Position numbers and translations under genes: made by a program
Notes under the pieces: model-generated
What the model was told of the DNA's origin: nothing
The model's database searches: none
The model's input: only the letters and a program-made list of their open reading frames with translations
Assembly (NCBI RefSeq): GCF_006345805.1
Contig: NC_043003.1
Coordinates: 37,014,001 to 37,078,000, forward strand
Reading direction: 5' to 3'
Source of the DNA: Octopus sinensis
Taxonomy: Eukaryota
DNA length: 64,000 bases
Part shown: in pieces, positions 32,604 to 45,970 of the stretch
How positions within the stretch are numbered: the stretch's first letter is position 1
How the letters are laid out: each line of letters begins with the position of its first letter

Positions 32604-33391
32604 ATTTCACATAATGAATGTTGCGATTTATTCGAGTGCGGCTTCAGCTATCCTTAGAAAATAAGGATTTATTGGGGGTGAGGAGTGAAAGACAGGAACA
32701 AAACCAGTCGGATGTCAAAACTTAGAATATTCAAAACAACACATTCTTAAAATTCGCTGCACTAGAAAAAGGCAAAAAGAAAACAAAAAAAACAAACAAA
32801 TATATTCTATAGAAGACATAGCTGAGACTGTGTGACATTCATGGCCTTCTTAATGGGAAGAATGCGAGCAATTGACGTAAATTCACTTTCTACTTGGATT
32901 AGAAACCGTTTTCTGAACTTAGTTGTAAATCTACCACCCTCAACACATACTGCAAATAATATTTAAATCTGTTCAACGCATTATGGACTGAAATATTCCA
33001 CTCAGGTTATCAAAGGTATTACTCGTTTAGCATTACAGCTAAATTATGGAAATTCAATAACATTAATAGTATATGTATGTTTTGCATATTTACTTTCCTT
33101 TCATACACACTGATCAATTTGCACGTGCGGTAATAAATGTAAATGTGTCTATATGATGAAATCGCTTTATACCTATCGAAATCTTTCATTTCATCTTTAC
33201 TAGGCCCAGCGGTAAAATTACTAAATTGATGTTTCCAATTGGTCAATCAGCCATTTATGTGTCGACGTTCTAATGTTATAAACAGTTAGCTGAAATGACA
33301 GTATATTAAAAATGTGATTCTATTAGGAAATGTGTATTTGTGTTAGTCTGAGTGTGTAGACTATTTTGTCTATTTTCATAAAGCTTCCCGT

Positions 33392-33422
<31 letters not shown>

Positions 33423-34649
33423 TTGTGTATGCAGAGAGACACACACACACTCAAAGACTGAGAGTGACAGAGGTGTGTGTGTGTGTCGAAGAGTGTGTAT
33501 GAGTGCGTTTGTGAATATGTTACTATGTGTATAACTGTACAGCGTATCGTTGTTGTGTTTTCCTATCTTGCGACGACGATGGTAGCGACGAGAGGCGTCT
33601 GAAAGCATTTATCTTCGGACAAACATGATGATGTTATCTAAAAATTAAAATAAAAGAATGGATTCATACTACATCATAAATAGAATAAAGCAAATAATTA
33701 TGAATTATCAATTATACGGATTTTTTTTTCCTTTACATCAACAAATAACAAAATTTTAGAAATTACTGGAATTTTTTTTTTTTTTGCTTCTTTTGTTTTT
33801 TCATATTATTCAATCACGACTTCTTTAAAATGAGAACGTGATTTGGAGGTCAAATTGAAATGGATGATAATTTTTAAAGAATCGTCTATGATAGCCACGT
33901 AGCGGCAATATGCAGAATCGCAATATGCGTTAGTGAAATTAATTTGTCGTATTTGTTGCAGTTATTGATGTTTTCAGTTCAAATCACGCCGAGGTCAACT
34001 TTGCATGGTAACCTTCCGTGTTCATAAGATGAAGTAGCAGACAAGATTAATGGAATTGTGAAAGTGTTAAATGTAATGCTTTGCTGTATTTGTTACAGTA
34101 AGTCACTAAGAACATAAAGCGTTCGGAGTGGCTTGGGTAATACACGATGAAAGGCAAAAGGAGAAAATATACATATTCTGCCAAGGAAGTTCTATGGCAA
34201 ACACATACTGCTTGTCCATGAAATCGCTAAAAGTCATTTGTTGACTTGATAGTATGGAAAAATATCATGGATATATCAGTGAGATGTGATAGAAAAAGAA
34301 ATGATTCAACTATAGTCCTTTATAAGGAAACATAAAGGTTAAGCGAATATTTTTGAGTTGGTTATGTAAGATACTCTGATGAAGAAGGGCATCGCCACAA
34401 GACTTTCCAGACTATCTGAGAAAGTGGAGAATTTATGATTAGATGCAAGTCCTGGACTGAATGCTTGCAACAAAGTGTACTCCTGTAAAGCACCCAGGGC
34501 ATTGCAGTGCTATTAAACCGAGGAATGTCTTATTATATATAACATGTAAGAAGAGGAACGGTCATTCCTGCAGAAATCCCATTTAATTTTATAATATTTA
34601 ACTTGGAAGGATATGAGGCTATGGCAGAAGGCACCCATCTAAACATTTG

Positions 34650-34868
34650 TACGAGGGGTACTGAAGGTTTCTGGCTTTGGGTAAAAGATAATACATGAGG
34701 CGTCAGTTACTTATGATTTTAGTCTACATAGTCTCCTTTCAGATTTACAGACTTATTACAGCGGTCCTTCAATTTTTTTTTCTAACATGGTAAAAGAACT
34801 CAGAGCGTTGGGCCTCTAACCAGGCCTTTCACAATACTCTTAAAATCAGGAACTTTTCAACACCCTCA
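34650..34868 (-). mobile_element. Mariner-derived MITE
   Basis: TIRs tacgaggggtactgaaggtttctggcttt and aaaatcaggaacttttcaacaccctca. It is a reverse-orientation homologue of 49846-50066. Confidence 0.8.
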
Positions 34869-35153
34869 CCCACTCATACACTGGGTTCGAATCTTTAAAC
34901 ATGGTGGTAACAAATGAGCCTGAATTATTATAGTGATTTCACGTATGGCATTCCTAGATTTCATCAAAGCTACTTGCCACTAATACAAGGAGGAATATAT
35001 TTGCTGATGGTTTGGTTTTCATTATAATATCTGGTAGACGTGACTTTGTAGGAAAGAGTGTTACAAAAATGCGTTAGTCATTTGCAGAAAATGTAGTCTC
35101 GCAATCTAAAGTGTATAAAACTCATAGTCAGTCGTTCTGTTCTTTCTATAATT

Positions 35154-35237
<84 letters not shown>

Positions 35238-35247
35238 TTATCTATCT

Positions 35248-35402
35248 CTCCGTTTCTGGGATATATCAAGTGATAGGCTAGCCTGTCTGTACACTAGGTA
35301 TTCCGACATCAGAGACAAAGTGAGTATGTATGAAAGTTCGAGACAAGGAAATTCACAGTGCATTAGAAATAAAATAGAATAAAAGTAAAAGTAGATAGAA
35401 TA
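35248..35402 (-). mobile_element. Inverted, diverged copy of the hammerhead-bearing segment at 36627-36771
   Basis: The minus strand reads ctatctactttt...gaactttcatacatactcactttgtctCTGATGT...gctagcctatcacttg...atcccaGAAAC, truncated by (TC)/(TATC)n. Confidence 0.7.
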
Positions 35403-35789
35403 CAGACAGAATACATCTTTAGATTCTTCCATAGGTTCAAATGCAAGCAAAATCAACACACATAACACTTGCCTATATGCATCCACGGTTGTTACAATAT
35501 GCGTACATTTTTCCATTTATTTCTCTTCTCTATCAACATGAGTATCTTAGAAGCTATATAGCTTTAATTCTTTTAATTTAACTTTTTAATTCAACTTTTA
35601 ACCTTTAATTTTTATTTTAGTTAATTATTCATCCATTTAATTGTTGTCTTATACTATATATGCCCCCTTAAGCTAGGCAGCTATTTTTAGCTATCCCTAC
35701 TGACCGCTGAACTAAGTATTCTCTCTGACCACACCTAACCTAGAATTAATCGACATAAATACCTTCCTCCTCCACTTTACCAAATCCTT

Positions 35790-36182
35790 ATACCTATTTC
35801 TTTATTACCCACAAGAGGCTAAACATAGAGGGGACAAACAAGGGCAGACATAGGTATTAAGTCGATTACATCGACCCCAGTGCGTAACTGGTACTTAATT
35901 TATCGACTCCGAAAGGATGAAAGGCAAAGTCGACCTCGGCGGAATTTGAACTCAGAACGTAATGACAGACGAAATACCTATTTCTTTACTACCCACAAGG
36001 GGCTAAACACAGAGAGGACGAAAGACAAACGGGTAAAGTCGTTTATATCGACTAACTGGTATTTAATTATCGATCCCGAAAGGATAAAAGGCAAAGTCGA
36101 CGTCGGCGGAATTTGAACTCAGACGAAATACCGCTAAGCATTTCGCCCGGCGTTCTAACATTTCTATCAGTTCACCGCCTTA
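35790..36182 (-). mobile_element. Dimeric SINE family A with a target-site duplication
   Basis: Two internal units. It is flanked by accaaatccttatacc at ~35779 and ~36198. Confidence 0.9.
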
Positions 36183-36713
36183 CATTTCTACCAGCTCACC
36201 AAATCCTTATACCCTAACCTTTCAATCGACACTTTCGAGGAATAAACAGGCATCTTACCGCTATCTTTATATTTTAGTTGTTATCTTTTACTTTTGATTT
36301 TTGAATTTACTTTCGCTCTCATTCCTTTTTCCTTCAACCATCCCATTCCTTTTTTCTCTCTTTCTCGTCTCTCTTCTATCCATTCGCTCACAATCCATTT
36401 CTGTCTATCTTGATGATTGTCTTTCTCACTCTATATACCCACGTGGACCATTTACATGCTAGCTAACCACTTAATGCATTACATCAACATGAACGCATCA
36501 TTCAAAATACTACCAAAATACTGCCTGGATTTACCTAAGGATCTATACCTTCACGAAAGTACGGACAAATCTCCACACACTCTGAAAAATGATGAACTGT
36601 GAACTTCATTCTCCGGTTTATGTTCTTCTATCTACTTTTACCCTTTATTCTACTATTTTATTCCTTATAAACTGCAAATTTTCCTGTCTAGAACTTCCAT
36701 ACATATTCACCTT

Positions 36714-36782
36714 GTCTCTGACGATCCAGTGGATGGACATGCTAGCCAATCACTTGGCAAATCCCAGAAACAGCTGTAAGGC
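36714..36782 (+). ncRNA. Degenerate type I hammerhead ribozyme motif
   Basis: gtct CTGACGA ...tccca GAAAC agct GTA aggc. The stem III loop AGCT is palindromic and stem II is damaged. Confidence 0.55.
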
Positions 36783-37095
36783 TTCAAATTCACCTTACCC
36801 AAACTCAACTATTTTAAATTACTTGAGATACTGTTCTTACCTTGGTTTTTGTTGTCTGTTTTCCTCTAATATAATACATACCTGCTAACACGGAAGCCTA
36901 ATACGGATCCCTAGCCCTAGCCTCAGCTGTGAACAAGGAACCTAACAGATGACCAATTATAGCACTTACTCAGAGTACCTATTTGTTTAGATCACTAAAA
37001 CCCCTCATTTTATTTATAAGGGTTTTCTTCCCATGCTGCCACTTGATTTGATCATTATTTAGAATAACGCTCTTATCCTTATTCATGTATAAATT

Positions 37096-37130
<35 letters not shown>

Positions 37131-37186
37131 TATATGTATGTATTGGTATATATGTGTATTCAAGCAAACATATATATAGGTAGGTG

Positions 37187-37249
<63 letters not shown>

Positions 37250-37361
37250 AATTATCAAATAACCATTATAATGTATACGCATAAATTATAATGGTTATTT
37301 GACAATTTTTATCTTTCTTTCGGCATATTTGGCATTAGAATTTTTCTTTGCCTTTATTTTG

Positions 37362-37420
<59 letters not shown>

Positions 37421-37450
37421 ATAAAATATATACATGCACACATACATATA

Positions 37451-37489
<39 letters not shown>

Positions 37490-37494
37490 ATTTT

Positions 37495-37720
37495 TAGTTG
37501 AGTCGAACAAATCTACTCCACGACTTATTCTTTGTAAGCCTAGTACTTATTCTATCCGTCCCTGTTGCCGAATCGTTAAGTTACGGGGACGTAAACACAC
37601 CGAAAATCGGTTGGCAAGTGATGGTGGGGGTACAAACACAGACACACGCACATAAATATATACATTAATATGAACCCGGAACAATGTGGTTGGGAAGCAA
37701 GCTTTTACCACGCTTGCCCT
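37495..37720 (-). mobile_element. SINE family B, internally deleted
   Basis: cttattctttgtaagcctagtacttattctatc...taagttacggggacgtaaacacacc and tgaacccggaacaatgtggttgggaagcaagc. Confidence 0.8.
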
Positions 37721-37838
37721 TATATATATATATATATATATGAGTGAATGTGTGTGTATGTATATATATATATATATATTTGTTTGTGTGTGTGCATGTG
37801 TGTGCATATATAGATAGATAGATAAACTACTAACTTAG

Positions 37839-37882
<44 letters not shown>

Positions 37883-37894
37883 TAATATTAATAT

Positions 37895-38222
37895 AAGACG
37901 AGCTGGCAGAAACTTTAGCACGCCGGGCGAAATGCGTAGCCGTATTTCGTCTGCCGCTACGTTCTGAGTTCAAATTCCGCCGAGGTCGACTTTGCCTTTC
38001 ATCCTTTCGGGGTCTGTTAAACAAGTACCAGTTATGCACTGGGGTCGATATAATCGACTTAGTCCGTTCGTCTGTCCTTGTTTGTCCTCTCTGTGTTTAG
38101 CCCCTTGTGAGTAGTAAAGAAATAAGTATTTCGTCTGTCTTTAAGTTCTGAGTTCAAATACCGCCGATGTCGACTTTCTCTTTCACCCGTTCGGGAGCTG
38201 TTAATTTAAGTACCAGTTGCAT
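37895..38222 (+). mobile_element. Dimeric SINE family A
   Basis: Head gagctggcagaaactttagcacgccgggcg; the second unit starts at ~38126. Confidence 0.9.
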
Positions 38223-38523
38223 TGAACGAATTAATGTTCAATACGTTGTAATATACACAGTTTATTGAAACTTAAAACTATTTTCAAAACGGTATTTTCA
38301 TACCGCTGCAAGCGTCAGGTGAGACATTTCGCGATTCCGGTTAGCAATATATCTATATGCATTGACGTAGGTATGATTTCATAAGTTGCCTTAAGATCTT
38401 GTGCACCCATAGACGAAACTCGGAGTCATGAAGTAACGAATGACAGACACAACCCAAATACAATATATTATTAAACTCTTCTACAGTATAGAGTCTTCGT
38501 TTTCCCAACAGTCAAAACTAAAC

Positions 38524-38566
<43 letters not shown>

Positions 38567-38694
38567 ATGTATGTATGTATGTATGTATATCTATATATAC
38601 ATATATGTATGTATATACATATATATACATATTTGCATGTATATATATATATGTATACATATATGTATGTTTATTTATACATATTTTATGTATA

Positions 38695-38741
<47 letters not shown>

Positions 38742-39027
38742 CAAATATATATATATATATGTATATACAATATAATATTATATTACATTATATTTATGTG
38801 TGCATCTTGATTTGCTTTATGTATCTGTGTGCGCATGTGTGAACGTATGTGTCTACATCTAGGCACACCAATAGATATGGGTGTATATTAAATATGTTTA
38901 TATATGACGTAAAATGAAGGATAGGAAATGATATTTGTTTAATGTGGTTAAATCTGAAAATTTTATTTTTATTAAACCATAAAACTTAACTACATGAACC
39001 TACATATACATACATACATATATATAT

Positions 39028-39071
<44 letters not shown>

Positions 39072-39629
39072 GCACACACGCACACATACCTGTACACATG
39101 CATACCAATACACACGCATACACACACACATATCTGTGTTCTACATTTTTTGCTTACTGTCGCTTACGTGTTCTCCTCTTTCGCCTCTTTATTTTAAAAA
39201 TATTTAAATTTCTATTTAAATATCAGACTCTAGGTATACTTGCAGTCATTTGCAAGCAGCAACTGTTTACTTATCTATATTTTGTTTCATATTGATTTAA
39301 ATCCGATAATATAATTCGTCATTTGGTTTTACTACCAATATAAAAAGGAATTGCGATTTTTCATCTCTATTTTTTATATTCAAACCCACAAACATACATA
39401 CACACGTACCCTCGTATGCGTGTGTTTGCGTGTGTGAGTGTATTTTCTATACTGGAATATACAGTAATGGAGGAATATTAAATACGAAATGCTCATAAAA
39501 ATAGGAAACCATCTATAAGCGAAAAAACATAGATGTCTGTATACATATATGTGTGTGTGCGTGCATGTGTATGTGGGTCGGCTTTTCTGTGTGTCTATCT
39601 ATCTATATATATATATGTATGTGTGTGCA

Positions 39630-39673
<44 letters not shown>

Positions 39674-39675
<2 letters not shown>

Positions 39676-39838
39676 CGGAGGCGTGGCCGTGTGATAAGAA
39701 GCTTGCTTCCCAACCACATGGTTCCGGGTTCAGTCCCACTGCCTGGCACCTTAGATAAGTGTCTTCTACTATAGCCTGGAGCCGATCAAAGCCTTGTGAG
39801 TGGATTTGGTAAACGGAAACTGAAAGAAGCCCCACGTA
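39674..39838 (+). mobile_element. SINE family B, 5' half
   Basis: ggcggaggcgtggccgtgtgataagaagcttgcttcccaaccacatggttccgggttcagtccc...gaaagaagccc. Confidence 0.9.
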
Positions 39839-39862
39839 TATATATATATATATATATATATA

Positions 39863-40570
39863 TACAAAAATAGGACAAGAATGCAAAACATCCAGACAGG
39901 TGATACTACAAAAAAGAGGAAAAAAACAGACGATGCAAAGAAAACAAGGACCGGTCATTCGGAGTTTTCTATCCACAGTCGAGTTCCAGATTTTCTTTGC
40001 AATTTCGGCTGGTTATACTCGAGATTCCTCCAATCTGGCCAGCCCCAAGGAAAACTAAGCTTAGAGTATTAGATTCCTTGGAAGAAAGCAGCGAAAGTAT
40101 ACAAAAACAAGGACGAAAAAATGGAGAAATGTTACACAAATACAAATGCAAGTAACAGGACATAACAACAGGTGTCTTTCGACTAAGGACGAATTAAATT
40201 AAGCTGGTGTGTGTGGAAGTAAAATCTTACGGCTGGAACATAAGATTTAACAGGCACATGAAGGAATATAATTGTAGCGGGGATGGTAGTGGAACCAAGA
40301 AGGAAAAGTGAGGGTTGGCCGAACACCAGTCACGTGGGGAGAGAAGAGAGAGAAGCAGAGGCAGCGGGGTAGGAGAATTAAGGAGGGGCAAGAAAAAATG
40401 TAAGGACACCGTGAAGTAAAAAAAAAGGGGCGAAAGTGAGCATGAAGAGAAGACCAGGAAATGTAAGAGAGAGAGGGAACAAAAGAACGAAGAGTGGAAT
40501 GGATGAAGTAAGAGTGAAAGGGCTGATAAAAAGAAGGAAAGAATAGAAAGAATAAGAGAGTCGTACAAAA
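39863..40570. mobile_element. (TA)n-embedded dispersed repeat family D, longest copy; possible Penelope-like terminus
   Basis: The start ggacaagaatgcaaaacatccagac...ggtcattcggagtt...gcaatttcggctgg is shared with 40640-40871 and 44900-45032. A purine-rich tail follows. Confidence 0.7.
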
Positions 40571-40639
40571 TTTATATATATATATTTACTTAGATATAAG
40601 AGACCAAAGTGTACGTACGCCGCTATATACTTATATATT

Positions 40640-40871
40640 TAAAAAATACAAAAATGGGACAAGAACGCAAAACATCCAGACAGTTAGGTGACAAAAAAAG
40701 GGACTAAAAACATCCAAACAGACAATACAAAGAAAACAAGGACGGGTCATTCGGAGTTATCTATCCTCAGTTGAGTTCCAGATTATCTTTGCAATTCCGG
40801 CTAGTTATACTCGAGATTGCTCCAATCTGGCCATCCCCAAGGAAAAACTAAGCTAAGAGCATTAGATTCCT
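40640..40871. mobile_element. Repeat family D, copy 2
   Basis: Colinear with 39863-40078 and bounded by TA tracts. Confidence 0.75.
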
Positions 40872-40886
40872 CGATATATATACATG

Positions 40887-42130
40887 TTAGCAGAGGCTCC
40901 CGGCGTTGCCTGGGAATGAAATTGTTCCTGGTAGATTGGAAGAAAAAAGCAATATATGTTGTAAAGATATTTGTTATTCTAAATTAAATTTATTCTTCAA
41001 TCGGGAAATCAATTCTGAATTCATAATACAAAAATAATAATAATAATAATAATAATAATATAATAATAATAATAATAATAAAACACGAAATTTTTTATCA
41101 TATGCACAGTATTATTTTGGAAGAAATTTAGGTTCATATTCATTCACAAATGCAGCCAAGTCTGTCATACAATAATTTATATCCCTTGCTATGTCCCTTG
41201 AAGTTAAATCACTAATTTGACGGTTTGTTTTTGGCAGTCCACAGCCAGACTCTTGCAACTTTTTGCCTCCCATGGCCAAAACTTGATCTTCAATTTCAGT
41301 CGGTGCTTGTTTAAAAATTGTTTCTGAGAACTGAATTTTGATAATTGGGCTTGCCTGTTGAACTACATACTTTAAGTCCTCAGCCATGTCCTCACAATGT
41401 TTCATCCAAAGCAGTAGGGGACTGCCAAGCTGACACATGTTCAATATAATTGCAAAAAGGTTACAGAGTTTCCTTGGAGAATGATACTGATGCTTCATTC
41501 AATGCAAGGTCTCAATGCTCATCATTTTCTAAAAAAGCCTTGTTGATAGCATGCTTTGCTTTAGTTTCACACACATGATCATTTACCCTCCTCGAATCTT
41601 GGAATGATTTGGGACCACGTATTTCATGCAAAAAGAGCCGTAGATAGTAGCATTCTGCTTGCTTGGTGGGGGACACTGTAAATTTTGCATGAGCGTCCAC
41701 TCGTTTCCTCTAGTGCCATTTATTGTTTCCCTAAGTGTAATATTTGGGTAATTGTGAATAAAAGAGTTTTTTGCACCTTCATCTACTTGGCACAACTTAA
41801 AAAAGGCAGTAATGGGTAGTTTCTTTTCGAAAAAGTGTTTGCTGCAAGGATGTTTGTTTTGTAAAGATAACCCTGTGGCCATTCTCTAGATGGACACTCA
41901 GATGAATTTTGTCTGGGTGCCTCTCGTGAATGGGAAAATTGAAGATGCACCAAAATGTCTCATTGATACTGATGTATCTTGTTCTGTCATACTGTAGATC
42001 CTAGTCTTTTTCATTTATCTGCTGACGGCTATTTTGCATAACAAAGTATGTCGCAGCATCTAAACCTATGTTTATATATTTGCAAACATACGTAATAGAG
42101 TTAACAGAGTTTCAGAATTCAACATTGACT
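40887..42130 (-). mobile_element. Internally deleted Helitron: Rep-domain remnant joined to the 3' terminus
   Basis: Minus-strand translation gives NVEF*NSVNSITYVCKYINIG (Rep Tyr motif), RYISINETFWCIFNFPIHERHP...LSVHLENGHRV, ECYYLRLFLHEIRGPKSFQD and PRKLCNLFAIILNMC. A 3' hairpin cccaggcaacgccggg (40899-40914) precedes CTAA at 40887-40890. Confidence 0.88.
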
Positions 42131-42525
42131 CTAGCTACCTTGCTTCACTGTAGAATACTGATCATTTACATCTACCCCGACTCCTCTTGTAAAGAGCGAG
42201 AACATTGATCTCGGAGACTTTTTCGAAAATTAAAATGGGTATTAAATGAAAATGAGTTATGTGAATATCTTCAAAAGAGTCATTAAAATAAATGGCGATT
42301 TTGGAACGCCTCACGCATGCACGCACACTCACTCACATCCACCCACAACCACACACGCGCGCGCGTATACATACAGTATCAAACAGATGAAATGGACGTG
42401 TGTGAGAGAAGTGGTGTGTTGTCATGTATACGTACGTACATAAATAAATATGCATCCATTTTTGTATGTGTGTTCGTATGTGTGTGATAAAGAGAGAGTG
42501 TGTTACCTAGACACCACACTCCCTT

Positions 42526-42564
<39 letters not shown>

Positions 42565-43171
42565 CACACACACACATATATATATACAAAAATATGAACG
42601 CATAAGTATTTATATATGTATGTATACTGACAACACGTATACGTACATATATAATTCTCTCTCCCTCTTTCTCTCTTTTACACACACACACACACACATA
42701 CCTAAATGTATACAAACGTACATACAAAAACACACGCGTGCGTGTGTGACTGACTTGTGTGTGATAGAGAGAAAGAGGGGAGAGAGAACATTGCAAACAA
42801 TGAATAAAATAAGCATGAAATGAAAAATCGTATAAATAAAAGCTCAATAAAAACTATCTTGTACCGAATATTTAGAATTGTGAACATAGTAAATATTTCC
42901 TTCAGTAATTTGCCGTAGTTGTTTGCAAATAGCGAATTAAAACTTGAAATGAAGACATTAAAATATAGAGCGTGAGATCTTGCAAATGAAAACGGAAAAC
43001 ATCAACGTGGGCTACGTCAATACTGGAAGTTGACATTGAGAAATCTTTTTAAAGAAGCGCATCATATATATAAAGCAATATTATTTATTTTTAATGGAAA
43101 AAATAAAATGGAAACCCTATTATGTATCCGAGGTCGAATTATTCATGCATCTCAATATAATATATACATGA

Positions 43172-43205
<34 letters not shown>

Positions 43206-43209
43206 ATGT

Positions 43210-43415
43210 TTGTGTGTCTGTGTTTGTCCCTCACACACCAACGCTTGACAATCGACGTTGGTGTGTTTACGTTCCCGTCACTTAGCGGTTCGGTAAAAAA
43301 AGACCAATAGAATAAGTACTAAGCTTACAAAGAATAAGTCCAGGGGTCGATTCGTTCGACTAAAGGTGGTGCTCCAGCATGGCCGCAGTCAAGTGACTGA
43401 AACAAGTAAAAGAAT
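43210..43415 (+). mobile_element. SINE family B, 3' half
   Basis: cgcttgacaatcgacgttggtgtgtttacg...gctccagcatggccgcagtcaagtgactgaaacaagtaaaaga. Confidence 0.88.
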
Positions 43416-43631
43416 GAATATATATATACTCATATATATACTTATGTGTGTTAGTGTGTATATATAATATATACATGAATATATATATATATATATTATT
43501 CGGAAACTTGTATATAGATATATATTATATATATACAGAGAAAGATGGAGAGATAGAAAGATAACATATACAAACATATATATATATATATATATAATTA
43601 TATATACGTGTATATGCATGTACATGTATGT

Positions 43632-43669
<38 letters not shown>

Positions 43670-44512
43670 TGCATGTGAACATGTATGTATACATATATGT
43701 GTGTTATATAGTATACGAAATTAATCGATGTCTGTCTCGACATCCAAGTGTTTCAGCTACTTCATGACTAAAATTGTTGACGTCACGTTAGTCATGAAGC
43801 GACCAAAAGAAAAAAAAAACACATATTCATTTGTATATTGTAATTGTATATTATGTCCCGTAACGTCTTATTCATTTGTTTCATATACTGCCAGTAGTTG
43901 CACGCGCAAGATAATTTGTCTAACAAATGTTAACTGAAGTCAGAGACGGGTATGATCGACGAAAAAGAAAATTACAGAAATCCTGTTGATACAGCTGAGC
44001 CATATTCAATTACATCATGATAACACAATGAAAGGAAGATAGCTTGATACCCTAATGCAACTAAGTTACGGCAACGCCACATATCAAATGATATTTCAAC
44101 ATGGCGTCGAAGATGTTATGTAGTAATATACTGTTGAAATGAAATGTGTTTTCGTAATGTTATTGAGAAAAATCGTTGAAATTCACGAAATATGGTTTAA
44201 CTCTTTTTCTCTGCCTCCTTCTCACACCGTACTGTCGACTTTCGCTCTTCGAATGCACTGACTGACATCTTCATTTCATGACCCCCCTCCCTCTCTCTCT
44301 CTCTTCGTCTACCTTTTTTTTTTCGCTCGTCCTCTTTCACTGGAATAACAACACACATACACATACATAAATACATACATATATACAAACATACATACAT
44401 ACAAACATACATACATGCATGCATGCTTGCATACATACATACATACATACATACATACATACATACATACATACATACATACATACATACATACACACAT
44501 ACATACATAAAT

Positions 44513-44880
44513 GCAGGCGCAGCTATATAGTAAGAAGTTTGCCTTTTAACCTCATCGTTCTGATTTCAATCTCATTGCATGGCACCTTCAGCAAGTGTCT
44601 TCTACTATAGCCCCGGGTCCATCAAAGCCTTGTGAGTGGATTTGGTAGACGGAAACTGAAAGAAGCCCGTCGTATATGTATATTTATGAATCTGTTTGTA
44701 TGAATCTGCCTGTGCTTGTTGCCCACCACCACCTGACAACTGGTGTTGGCTTGTCTACGTCCCCGAAACTTTGGCAAAAGAGACCAGGCTTTAAATAATA
44801 TGTCATTCAGTCATTTGACTAAAATTCGTTCTAAGGCGGTGCCCCAGCATGGCTACAGTCCAATAACTGAAAGTGAAAGA
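44513..44880 (+). mobile_element. SINE family B, full length and diverged
   Basis: Both halves are present. Confidence 0.85.
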
Positions 44881-44899
44881 TAATATACATATATATAAA

Positions 44900-45030
44900 A
44901 AAAATTCAAAATGGGACAAGAACGCAAAACATCCAGATAGACGATACAAAAAACACGGACGGTTCATTCGAAGCCTTTATTCTTCAGTCAAGAACCAAAT
45001 CATCCTCGCAATTTCGGCTGATTAATCTTG

Positions 45031-45032
<2 letters not shown>
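44900..45032. mobile_element. Repeat family D, copy 3 (short)
   Basis: aaaatgggacaagaacgcaaaacatccaga...gcaatttcggctg, between TA tracts. Confidence 0.7.
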
Positions 45033-45086
<54 letters not shown>

Positions 45087-45103
45087 ATTATATATATATA
45101 TAT

Positions 45104-45384
45104 ATCACGCGAAACCGACCAGACCATCAGATGTTGCTACACATCGCTGGTCAGAATGCGTTCGCATTGATTTAGCCTTCGACTGACGCCACCCCGCTGG
45201 CTAAGCGAGTAGGCCAACAGAAGAAAAGTGGAGAGAAAGAGTGGTGAAAGAGTACAACATGGGTCACCACCCCCAATCGGAGCTCGTGGAGCTTTTAGGT
45301 GTTTTCGCTCAAAAACCACACACGATGTCTGGGAATCGAAACACGCGAGTCCGCTGCCCTAGCCACTGGGCCATTGCGCCTCCT
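45104..45384 (-). mobile_element. tRNA-derived SINE, family E, embedded in (TA)n
   Basis: The minus-strand head reads ggaggcgcaatggcccagtggctagggcagcggactcgcg...gtttcgattccc, with A and B boxes and part of the tRNA region deleted. Confidence 0.75.
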
Positions 45385-45387
45385 ATA

Positions 45388-45461
<74 letters not shown>

Positions 45462-45557
45462 TTAGAGACAAAACCACTATTATGCAAATCAAACAAAGAA
45501 AGACTTAAGCCAATACATAAAATAATTTATATAAATTTAGAATTTAACAATATAAAT

Positions 45558-45618
45558 AACCACTACGATCGTTTCATGTCTTATTTCAGCACATCTTTGA
45601 GACATTCTTCAGGTGGTT
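45558..45618 (-). ncRNA. Type I hammerhead ribozyme, antisense-arm copy
   Basis: Reverse complement of 45910-45970. Confidence 0.85.
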
Positions 45619-45909
45619 TCAAAACCAGACTCAATATTCAATAAACCATTAAATATTTAATATTTATTAATAAAATATTTATTAATACAATGAAAAACCA
45701 TGTATAATCTAACTATAATTAAAAACATAACCTAATTAACTAAAAAAATTATTATAATAAGTACTCCATATCACTTAGTATATTTATAATACTAGAACAA
45801 AAACCAATAAATAAGGAGCTATTTAGATGGTTTTTCATTGTATTAATAAATATTCTATTAATAAATATTAAATATTTAATGGTTTATTGAATATTGAGTC
45901 TGGTTTTGA

Positions 45910-45970
45910 AACCACCTGAAGAATGTCTCAAAGATGTGCTGAAATAAGACATGAAACGATCGTAGTGGTT
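45910..45970 (+). ncRNA. Type I hammerhead ribozyme
   Basis: aaccac CTGAAGA atgtct-[18 nt]-agacat GAAAC gatc GTA gtggtt. Stem I is 6 bp, stem II is 6 bp, the stem III loop is palindromic and the cleavage triplet is GUA. Confidence 0.88.
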
